DNA of 11,453 nt. It comes from an uncultured Gammaproteobacteria bacterium. GTDB taxonomy: Bacteria > Patescibacteriota > Microgenomatia > Daviesbacterales > UBA10151. Shown here piece after piece: positions 1-7,678 of this stretch. The stretch covers positions 1,965 through 13,417 of the forward strand of contig CAZFVS010000020.1 in assembly GCA_964522265.1 (NCBI GenBank). The letters are read 5' to 3'. The stretch's first letter is position 1; each line of letters starts with the position of its first letter. Under the pieces are notes generated by a model. It was not told where the DNA came from. It did not search any database and saw nothing but the letters and a program-made list of their open reading frames with translations. A program made the position numbers and the translations under genes.

Positions 1-44
1 TTGTTTTTATGGTGCTTTTGACTGAAAAACATGAAGCACACTAA
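1..44 (+). CDS. atpB: 3' end of F0 subunit a gene (partial, runs off left edge)
   Basis: The frame starting at nt 3 reads VFMVLLTEKHEAH, then TAA at 42-44. The hydrophobic stretch ending in an acidic ...EAH tail resembles the subunit a C-terminus (E. coli ends ...FIFMVLTIVYLSMASEEH, from memory). Its position directly upstream of atpE fits the canonical atpBEFHAGDC order. Confidence 0.45.
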   Translation, partial: VFMVLLTEKHEAH

Positions 45-54
45 TATTTTATAG

Positions 55-270
<216 letters not shown>

Positions 271-278
271 CGCTTTGC

Positions 279-360
279 GTCATCCTGAGGAGACATTAAG
301 TCGACGAAGAATCTGATCCCGAACTAGATCCTTTGACTCACCTCGCTCGCTCAGGATGAC
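279..360. repeat. Imperfect ~82-nt palindromic (REP/MITE-like) element in the atpE-atpF spacer
   Basis: Perfect 11-nt terminal inverted repeat: GTCATCCTGAG (279-289) and CTCAGGATGAC (350-360). Partially complementary inner arms are TCGACGAAGAATC (301-313) and GATCCTTTGA (327-336). No ORF is present. Confidence 0.7.
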
Positions 361-384
361 AGACTCAGCTTGTCAATTTTACTT

Positions 385-876
385 ATGGATTTTTTAAAAG
401 ATTTTGGTGTCCAGCCTATACTGCTTCTTGCCCAGGTAGTTAACTTTTTGCTACTGCTTTTGATACTAAAAAAGCTGCTTTATAAACCTATCCTGAAAAT
501 CCTGCAGCAAAGAAAAGATACAATTGCCCAAAGCTTAAAAAACGCTGAAGAAATTGAGAAAAAGCTGTTAAAGACTGAAGAAGATCGGGAGAAGGTTTTA
601 GCAAAAGCCGTGGATGAATCCAAAAAAATCATTGAGGATGCCACAAAATCCGCAACCCAAGTTATTGAAGATGCTCATATACGCGCCGGTCATGACATTG
701 AGCTGATGTTACAAAAAGGCCGGGTAGGAATCAACCAGGAGCGCGAAAAAATGCATCAGGAAATCCGGGAAGAAATTACGGACATTGTCGTAGCGTCTCT
801 CCAAAAAGTCACCGGGAAAATCATTACTAAAAAAGACCAAAAAGATTTAATTTCAAAATCGATCAGATCAATATGA
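385..876 (+). CDS. atpF: F0 ATP synthase subunit b
   Basis: Single N-terminal TM helix (ILLLAQVVNFLLLLLIL), then KKLLYKPILKILQQRKDTIAQSL and a long charged coiled-coil, as in typical b subunits. The ORF track starts at TTG 370; ATG 385 (MDFLKDF...) is the more likely start. The stop overlaps the atpH start (ATGA at 873-876). Confidence 0.85.
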   Translation: MDFLKDFGVQPILLLAQVVNFLLLLLILKKLLYKPILKILQQRKDTIAQSLKNAEEIEKKLLKTEEDREKVLAKAVDESKKIIEDATKSATQVIEDAHIRAGHDIELMLQKGRVGINQEREKMHQEIREEITDIVVASLQKVTGKIITKKDQKDLISKSIRSI

Positions 877-1271
877 AGAAAAAAAGACTTAAAAAAACCG
901 CCTCAAAAGCAGCGTCTGCATGTTTTTTAAAAGGCGGATTAGATATCCGGAAAGCTAAAACTTTTGTAATCCTTTTTAAAAAGTTTCCTGCAACAGTGTC
1001 CCTGCTGCTTTTGGGTGAATTTGTGAAAGACCTAAAAAAAGAGCAGGAAAAGTATTCTTTGGTAATTGAGTCCGCAACTGCAATTGAACCTAATCTGAAA
1101 CGCCGGGTTGTGCAGGAGATCAAAAAGAAGCGGAGCTTCATTTTTTCCGAGACCAAATTTGTAATTAACCCGCAGATACTGGGCGGATTGAAAATTAAAA
1201 CCGGTGATAATATTTTTGATATGAGTTTAGAAAACAGGATCTCGCAACTTGGTGCAACGCTAAGGGGATAA
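873..1271 (+). CDS. atpH: F1 ATP synthase subunit delta (OSCP-like), unusually short
   Basis: Operon position between atpF and atpA. The C-terminal INPQILGGLKIKTGDNIFDMSLENRISQL matches the conserved delta/OSCP C-terminal motif (..GG..v..Gd...D.S....L..L). It is only 132 aa, against about 175-180 typically. Confidence 0.75.
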   Translation: MKKKRLKKTASKAASACFLKGGLDIRKAKTFVILFKKFPATVSLLLLGEFVKDLKKEQEKYSLVIESATAIEPNLKRRVVQEIKKKRSFIFSETKFVINPQILGGLKIKTGDNIFDMSLENRISQLGATLRG

Positions 1272-1274
1272 AAT

Positions 1275-2834
1275 ATGGCAGATTTTTTAACATCACTTGA
1301 GAAAGAAGTGGCCGGATTTAAACTAAAGGCTTCAAGGGAAAATATCGGCACTGTGGTTGAAGTTGGTGATGGTATTGCCCGTGTTGAAGGGTTGTCTGAT
1401 GTTCAATATTCGGAGCTGATTGAGTTTCCCGGTAAAATTTTTGGGTTGGCGTTGAATCTTGAGCAATACAACGTCGGAGCAGTTATATTCGGAGATTTCA
1501 CAAAAGTCAAGCAGGGCGATCGGGTAAAAACTACCGGAGAAGTTTTGAAGGTTCCGGCAGGAGACGCGCTGATCGGCCGGGTTGTTGATGCTTTGGGTAA
1601 CCCGCTTGACGGTAAAGGGCCGGTACATACTAGGAACAAATATCCGGTTGAAAAAATAGCAGAGGGTGTAATTGCCCGTCAGTCAGTCGACACCCCACTC
1701 CAAACCGGCATAAAAGCAATTGATTCCATGATCCCGATCGGTCGTGGTCAAAGGGAGCTTATCATCGGTGATCGTAACACCGGCAAAACCACAATTGCCG
1801 TTGATACCATCATTAACCAGGCCCACCTCGGGGGTGAAGCCCGGGTTAAGTCTGGTGGACACCCCCGAGGTGAAAGTCGTCCTGTTATCTGTATCTATGT
1901 GGCAATCGGGCAAAAGGTTTCAAAGGTTGCCCAAATTGTGGCAAAGCTGGAAGAGCATGGCGCAATGGATCATACAATAGTTGTGGTAGCATCAGCCTCA
2001 GATCCCGCTCCTATGCAATATATCGCTCCCTACGCAGGTTGTGCTATGGGTGAATATTTTATGGATCAGGGCAAGGATGCATTGGTCATTTATGATGATC
2101 TGTCTAAACACGCCTGGGCCTACCGTCAGATATCGCTTCTTTTGCGCAGGCCCTCGGGGCGTGAGGCTTATCCGGGAGACGTTTTCTATCTTCACTCCAG
2201 ATTACTTGAGCGTGCATCAAAATTGAATAAAGATTACGGTGGAGGTTCACTGACCGCCCTTCCCATTATTGAAACCCAGGCAGGTGATGTTTCTGCCTAT
2301 ATTCCTACCAATGTTATCTCCATTACCGACGGGCAAATCTATTTGGAAGGTGACCTGTTTTATGCAGGTATCAGGCCGGCTTTGAATGTTGGTTTATCCG
2401 TTTCCCGCGTGGGAGGTGCCGCTCAAACCAAAGCGATGAAATCAGTGGCAGGTAAATTAAGACTGGATCTGGCTCAGTTTAGAGAGTTGGCAGCATTTGC
2501 CCAATTCAGCTCGGATCTAGATCCTGCTACAAAAGCCCAAATTGAGCGTGGCCGCAGGATTACTGAGGTTTTGAAGCAGCCTCCCTACTCCCCTGTTCCG
2601 GTTGAGCAGCAGGTGGCGGTGCTTTGGGTTGCGACCCAGGGTTACTTGGATGGTGTGGAGATGGAAAGAGTTAAGGAATTTGAAACGGGTTTTATTCAGC
2701 ATCTGGGACTGCGTGAGAAAAAATTACTTTCGGATATTGCAGAAAAAAAAGAATTAGACGAAAAATTGACTAAGGAATTGGAGAAAATCACGATTGAGTT
2801 TGTGAAGATGTTTCAGAAAACAAATAAGAGATAA
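1275..2834 (+). CDS. atpA: F1 ATP synthase subunit alpha
   Basis: Walker [63 protein letters not shown] and [31 protein letters not shown] are near-identical to canonical alpha subunits. AAGGGGA Shine-Dalgarno at 1262-1268. Confidence 0.97.
   Translation: MADFLTSLEKEVAGFKLKASRENIGTVVEVGDGIARVEGLSDVQYSELIEFPGKIFGLALNLEQYNVGAVIFGDFTKVKQGDRVKTTGEVLKVPAGDALIGRVVDALGNPLDGKGPVHTRNKYPVEKIAEGVIARQSVDTPLQTGIKAIDSMIPIGRGQRELIIGDRNTGKTTIAVDTIINQAHLGGEARVKSGGHPRGESRPVICIYVAIGQKVSKVAQIVAKLEEHGAMDHTIVVVASASDPAPMQYIAPYAGCAMGEYFMDQGKDALVIYDDLSKHAWAYRQISLLLRRPSGREAYPGDVFYLHSRLLERASKLNKDYGGGSLTALPIIETQAGDVSAYIPTNVISITDGQIYLEGDLFYAGIRPALNVGLSVSRVGGAAQTKAMKSVAGKLRLDLAQFRELAAFAQFSSDLDPATKAQIERGRRITEVLKQPPYSPVPVEQQVAVLWVATQGYLDGVEMERVKEFETGFIQHLGLREKKLLSDIAEKKELDEKLTKELEKITIEFVKMFQKTNKR
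1824..1872. repeat. Perfect 13-bp-stem hairpin (49 nt) embedded in frame inside atpA
   Basis: CACCTCGGGGGTG (1824-1836) is the exact reverse complement of CACCCCCGAGGTG (1860-1872), with a 23-nt loop containing CCCGGG. It starts on a codon boundary and encodes [16 protein letters not shown]. This sits in the loop between ...IINQ and [10 protein letters not shown], where E. coli has only about 6 residues. Confidence 0.8.
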
Positions 2835-2838
2835 TATT

Positions 2839-3708
2839 ATGGCAAATACCAGAGAACTCAGAAGGAGGATAAAATCAATTAAAAATACCAGTCAGATTAC
2901 CAAAGCCATGCAGATGGTGGCAGCGACAAAGATGAGAAAGGCTCAAAATCAGGCTTTAGCCGGCAGGCCGTACGATTTAACTTTAACTCAGGCTCTTACA
3001 AAATTGCGGGCAAAAGCATCGGATGATATTCATCCGTTTTTTCACTCACAAGGCGGAGAGACAATCGGAGTATTGTTTATTGCAACCGATAAAAGTCTAT
3101 GTGGAAGCCTCAACACAAATCTTTTTAGAACGGTTTTGAGTTTTTCTTCCGGAAAAAAGAATTTAAGTTTTTTTACAGTAGGTAAAAAGGCGAGAAACTT
3201 TGTAGTAAAAACCGGTCATCACCTTGAAGCTGATTTTGAAAATGCAGAAGTTGTTGAGTTTCGTTTAGCAAAGCAGATTGGTAAACTTATCACCCCTTTA
3301 TTTTTAGACGGACAGCTTGCTGAAGTCTATCTTGCATATCCTGATTTTATTTCCACTCTCAAACAGGAACCGAATATTGTCAAGCTTTTGCCAATTTCAC
3401 CAGATGTATTAGACTCCCAAACCCGATTTCACCTCACAGGTGCGACAAATGGTGAATTCCTGTTTGAACCAAATCCCAATGACCTGCTGGGTTTTGTATT
3501 AAACCACCAGATTGAAATTAGGATTTACCAAGCTCTTTTGGAGACTAAAGCTTCGGAACACTCAGCCAGAATGATGGCAATGCAGAATGCGACGGATAAC
3601 GCAAACGAATTGATTGGTGACCTGCAACTTAGTTATAATCAGATCCGCCAGGCAGGTATTACGAATGAACTTTTGGAAATAACAAGTGCAGGAGCAGTAT
3701 TGGAGTAA
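2839..3708 (+). CDS. atpG: F1 ATP synthase subunit gamma
   Basis: The N-terminus ELRRRIKSIKNTSQITKAMQMVAATKMRKAQ and the C-terminus ASEHSARMMAMQNATDNANELIGDLQLSYNQIRQAGITNELLEI are the two hallmark gamma coiled-coil helices. Confidence 0.95.
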   Translation: MANTRELRRRIKSIKNTSQITKAMQMVAATKMRKAQNQALAGRPYDLTLTQALTKLRAKASDDIHPFFHSQGGETIGVLFIATDKSLCGSLNTNLFRTVLSFSSGKKNLSFFTVGKKARNFVVKTGHHLEADFENAEVVEFRLAKQIGKLITPLFLDGQLAEVYLAYPDFISTLKQEPNIVKLLPISPDVLDSQTRFHLTGATNGEFLFEPNPNDLLGFVLNHQIEIRIYQALLETKASEHSARMMAMQNATDNANELIGDLQLSYNQIRQAGITNELLEITSAGAVLE

Positions 3709-3713
3709 CAACT

Positions 3714-5029
<1,316 letters not shown>

Positions 5030-5064
5030 TGGAAAAGGGTATGAACAGTTATAGATACATGTAA

Positions 5065-5205
5065 AAAGGTAAAACTAAAAAAGAAGACATAGAAAATACT
5101 AAAAAAGAAATTAAAGCATATATGGAGGTAATATCTAAACACAATAAAAATGTGGAATTTACAAAAAGAAGTATTAATACTCCCCTACCTGTTTTGAATG
5201 CCTAA
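5065..5205 (+). pseudogene. Possible 5'-truncated hicB-like antitoxin remnant
   Basis: An open frame with no credible start reads KGKTKKEDIENTKKEIKAYMEVISKHNKNVEFTKRSINTPLPVLNA*. DIENTKKEIKAYMEV aligns position for position with LIQNVTDAILTYFEV of the intact HicB-like protein at 10391 (pattern xIxNxxxxIxxYxEV). It overlaps the hicA-like start by 8 nt, echoing the 26-nt overlap at the other locus. Confidence 0.3.
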
Positions 5206-5419
5206 ACTTACAAATATCTCAGGTAAACAAGCCGTTAAAACTTTTCTCAAATTTGGATACAAACATATTCATACTTCAGGTGATCATGCAATTTTGCAAA
5301 AAACAGGTTCCCCAACTTTATCCATCCCGCTTCACAAAGAAGTGGCACAATTTCTACTAAAAGCACAAATTAAGAAGGTAGGAATTAAAATTGAAGATTA
5401 TTTAAAAGTGCTAAGGTAA
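5198..5419 (+). CDS. hicA: HicA-family (YcfA-like) toxin, no intact partner
   Basis: The 73-aa protein matches the HicA pattern: MPKL..ISGKQAVKTFLKFGY....TSGDHAIL.....TLSIPLHKE......IKKVGIKIEDYLKVL. This corresponds to the SGKE..k.L.k.GF core, the catalytic G-S/D-H, the P.H motif and the C-terminal helix. Confidence 0.75.
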   Translation: MPKLTNISGKQAVKTFLKFGYKHIHTSGDHAILQKTGSPTLSIPLHKEVAQFLLKAQIKKVGIKIEDYLKVLR

Positions 5420-5428
5420 TGCACTTTT
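5404..5428. terminator. Weak hairpin between convergent genes
   Basis: AAAAGTGC (5404-5411) pairs with GCACTTTT (5421-5428) around a 9-nt loop. A/T runs on both sides suit a bidirectional terminator between hicA (+) and the lipoprotein gene (-). The stem is short and AT-rich. Confidence 0.3.
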
Positions 5429-5460
5429 AGTAGGTAAATTTCAAGTTTTAGTACTTAACT

Positions 5461-5772
5461 TCACTTAACTTCTGGTAAACAATCATCATTTGCGACGATT
5501 ACAAAGTACTCGTTCCTCCCAGATTCAATCTTATACTCTATACTGCACTGCTTTTCTAAAAATTGTTCACCAGCCTGCAGTGATGACTCAAGTTGCCATT
5601 TCCAATTGGTGTTACCGGCAACTCTAAAAACATGCGGTGAAACTCTTTCTATACGGTAATGATCCGTCTGTAATGTAGATGAAGTGTGTAATTTTGGTTC
5701 TCTGCGCAGTTCAGCAATTGATGGTGCACAACCACCCAGGAATAATCCCACCATAGCTATCCCCCTACCCAT
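5461..5772 (-). CDS. Small lipoprotein of unknown function
   Basis: From ATG 5772 the protein begins MGRGIAMVGLFLGGC|APS, a classic lipobox (L-G-G-C). The ORF track extends to a TTG at 5826, which would add 18 polar residues before the signal peptide. Confidence 0.6.
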   Translation of the reverse strand: MGRGIAMVGLFLGGCAPSIAELRREPKLHTSSTLQTDHYRIERVSPHVFRVAGNTNWKWQLESSLQAGEQFLEKQCSIEYKIESGRNEYFVIVANDDCLPEVK

Positions 5773-5834
5773 TTTGCTTAAAGCACTTATATTTTGTTCT
5801 CTATCTTTCAAATTAATCACCCCCAATTTTTAGA

Positions 5835-5863
5835 AGAATAGTCTTTTAGGGGAGGCATGTCAA
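5835..5863 (-). promoter_or_regulatory. Sigma70-like promoter candidate for the lipoprotein gene
   Basis: On the minus strand: TTGACA (complement of 5858-5863), a 17-nt spacer, then TATTCT (complement of 5835-5840). Confidence 0.35.
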
Positions 5864-5935
5864 CCCTTAAGTCGACAGATCATGTAAATCATACGGTTGC
5901 GGTTGAAGGTTTCTACTAACTCTTCTGTGCGAACT

Positions 5936-6529
5936 TTACGGTTTTTTCCAGTCCCCTGCGTTGAAGCGGTTCCTTCCGTTTAAGTGCCAGTCATGGGGAT
6001 TTGATTTATTAATTAATTTTGCCAACCTTTTTGCAGTTTTTGTGTAAAGCTTTTTGTAAACAGCAGTATCGCGCTGCTTGCTCCAAAATTTTTTTAACTT
6101 AAACCCCCTGGTTTCCTGTTCCTGAAGTTCCATATCTACGTCTAAATTGTCAGCGTCCTTGACGATTTTTGCCTCTATCGATTTTCTCTCCGAGTATTCG
6201 TGCCAAAGCTCCAAAAATTCCTCTTCCAACGAGGTTGTTTCGAAGACATCTCTTGCAGCTAGGTCCTCATTTCTTTCGACATATTGCCGAGACAGATAAT
6301 CCACATCAGTACTTCTGCTTTCCGGTAAATCATGCAAAAGCGCCAATTTTAAAATCTTTTCATGGTTTCCTGTTCCCTCAATGTTTGCGATCATTAAAGC
6401 AATCCAGGCTACCCTAAAGGTATGTTCAGTATTGTTTTTGAAATCGGGAGTTAAAAACCTTTTCCAAAGCCTGGGCATATGTCTCAGGCTGCCAACTTCA
6501 TATAAAAATTCCAGGTCCCTTTTCTTCAC
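5936..6529 (-). CDS. HD-domain phosphohydrolase (YfbR-like 5'-nucleotidase type)
   Basis: H...(HTFRVAWIALMIA)...LLHDLPESRSTDVD gives the H..HD..E..D metal-binding pattern of HD superfamily hydrolases. GTG start at 6529. It lies 18 nt downstream of the preceding minus-strand gene. Confidence 0.7.
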   Translation of the reverse strand: MKKRDLEFLYEVGSLRHMPRLWKRFLTPDFKNNTEHTFRVAWIALMIANIEGTGNHEKILKLALLHDLPESRSTDVDYLSRQYVERNEDLAARDVFETTSLEEEFLELWHEYSERKSIEAKIVKDADNLDVDMELQEQETRGFKLKKFWSKQRDTAVYKKLYTKTAKRLAKLINKSNPHDWHLNGRNRFNAGDWKKP

Positions 6530-6547
6530 TGCGATATTATTTTTTTA

Positions 6548-6916
6548 CTACGCCCCGATGTTCTCAAATGTGCCGTCAAGTTTTGCAAAGTAAATTTGGA
6601 TTGCAATATCCGGGTGCTGCCGGGCAATTTTTTCTGCAGCAGCCCTGAGGTCCCGGGTATGGTTTTCCGGCGACCCTTCGTCTCCATACGCACCGCAGTC
6701 TTCATGGTTAATCAGCACTGCTTTTTTAATGTTGTGAAGCCTTTCAGATATCTCGATCTGATTTAATACGTACTCTAAGTCTTTAATTCCGCCGGCTATT
6801 GACACCCGGTCATAACTTCCCGGGGCAAAATTTACCTCAAGCCATTTATTAATATAATCCTGGAACCTGAAATCAATACAGGTGACTATAACTCCTTCAC
6901 AGCTGTGTGCTGTCAT
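6548..6916 (-). CDS. Minimal beta-carbonic-anhydrase-like protein (CxDxR ... HxxC)
   Basis: TCIDFRF (C-x-D-x-R) and NHEDCGAY (H-x-x-C-G) reproduce the beta-CA zinc-ligand and Asp-Arg dyad signatures. The protein is only ~122 aa from ATG 6916 (MTAHSCEGVIVTCIDFR...). The track start at 6937 adds 7 residues. Confidence 0.5.
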   Translation of the reverse strand: MTAHSCEGVIVTCIDFRFQDYINKWLEVNFAPGSYDRVSIAGGIKDLEYVLNQIEISERLHNIKKAVLINHEDCGAYGDEGSPENHTRDLRAAAEKIARQHPDIAIQIYFAKLDGTFENIGA

Positions 6917-6918
6917 AC

Positions 6919-6947
6919 TGGCAATATTACAACACATTCAATATAAT
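6919..6947 (+). promoter_or_regulatory. Candidate promoter giving a leaderless or near-leaderless atpC transcript
   Basis: TGGCAA (6919-6924), an exactly 17-nt spacer, then consensus TATAAT (6942-6947). The ATG at 6955 is only 7 nt downstream and no Shine-Dalgarno is present. Confidence 0.4.
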
Positions 6948-6954
6948 TCATAGT

Positions 6955-7365
6955 ATGCCGATGGATCTAAAAATAGTTACTCCGGAAAAAGAGATCTATA
7001 GTGGAGAAGTTGACATGGTAACTGTGCCTTCGTCTGAAGGAGAGCTTGGTATACTTCCCCATCATGCAAATTTAATGGCCAAACTTATTCCGGGTGAGCT
7101 GCGGATAAAAAGCGGGAATAAAACTCAGGTTATGGCGGCTGGTGCAGGTTTTATACAGGTTGTAGATAATACCCTGACAATACTGACTGATTTGGCAGTA
7201 GACGAGAATGAAATTGACGAGAAAAAGGTGGAAGAAGCAAAAAAAAGAGCTGAAGCGGCACTAGAGCAAAAACTTTCAGACGAGGAGTATGCTAATACTT
7301 TAGCAGTCCTTGAAAGATCACTTGCCCAGCTCAGGGTTAAAAGAAGGCACAAAACAAGGTCTTGA
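6955..7365 (+). CDS. atpC: F1 ATP synthase subunit epsilon
   Basis: MPMDLKIVTPEKEIYSGEVDMVTVPSSEGELGILPHHANLMAKLIPGELRIK is the typical epsilon beta-sandwich N-terminus. A helical C-terminal domain follows. The track start at 6907 adds a non-homologous 16 aa, so ATG 6955 (or 6961) is preferred. Confidence 0.9.
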   Translation: MPMDLKIVTPEKEIYSGEVDMVTVPSSEGELGILPHHANLMAKLIPGELRIKSGNKTQVMAAGAGFIQVVDNTLTILTDLAVDENEIDEKKVEEAKKRAEAALEQKLSDEEYANTLAVLERSLAQLRVKRRHKTRS

Positions 7366-7398
7366 CAAAGTCCCAGATTTTGAGGACTATATTAGTTG

Positions 7399-7668
7399 AT
7401 GATTAAAAAACTGCTCCTTGCTCAATCAGGAATAGCACATCTTATCCTGCTTCTGGTTGCAGTTATTTTTATATCAGCCCTGTTATTGTTGGTTTCTTCA
7501 GGGATTATTAAAAATCCTACACAACTTATTAGAGATAAAGTCCAAAAGAATTCAGTTAAAGAGCCTGCAGTCAAGCTCCTGAGCTCCTATAGAAACCCGT
7601 TTGATAAAAACTCCCAATATGTTAATCCCTTCTCAGCATATAAAAATCCGTTCGATTCGCTGAAGTGA
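7399..7668 (+). CDS. Small N-terminally anchored membrane or secreted protein with a YxNPF-repeat tail
   Basis: MIKKLLLAQSGIAHLILLLVAVIFISALLLLV is a single hydrophobic helix. The C-terminal tail is YRNPFDKNSQYVNPFSAYKNPFDSLK (three NPF motifs). It lies 10 nt upstream of the Cys-rich gene. ATG 7399 is preferred over TTG 7396. Confidence 0.55.
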   Translation: MIKKLLLAQSGIAHLILLLVAVIFISALLLLVSSGIIKNPTQLIRDKVQKNSVKEPAVKLLSSYRNPFDKNSQYVNPFSAYKNPFDSLK

Positions 7669-7678
7669 AATATATAAA

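Noticed and set aside
5453-5472. Tandem 10-nt repeat ACTTAACTTC x2 at the lipoprotein gene stop.
   Set aside because: It has only two short AT-rich copies, consistent with chance or slippage, and there is no evidence of function.
6169-6593. + strand ORFs 6169-6417 and 6381-6593.
   Set aside because: They are antisense to the HD-domain gene, whose H..HD..D motifs identify the real frame.
6907-6954. Track start of atpC at 6907 (MLSYWQYYNTFNIIHS...).
   Set aside because: The extra 16 residues have no counterpart in epsilon subunits and overlap the divergent gene's start region. The conserved N-terminus begins at MPMDLKIVTPE (ATG 6955).
7125-7352. Minus-strand ORF inside atpC.
   Set aside because: It is antisense to a clearly conserved epsilon subunit, and its low-complexity Ser/Ala-rich translation is typical of a shadow frame.
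7362-7393. TTGACA (7362-7367) and TATATT (7388-7393) as a promoter for the small membrane protein gene.
   Set aside because: The spacer is 20 nt, which is too long for a standard sigma70-type promoter. The genes may simply be read through from atpC.
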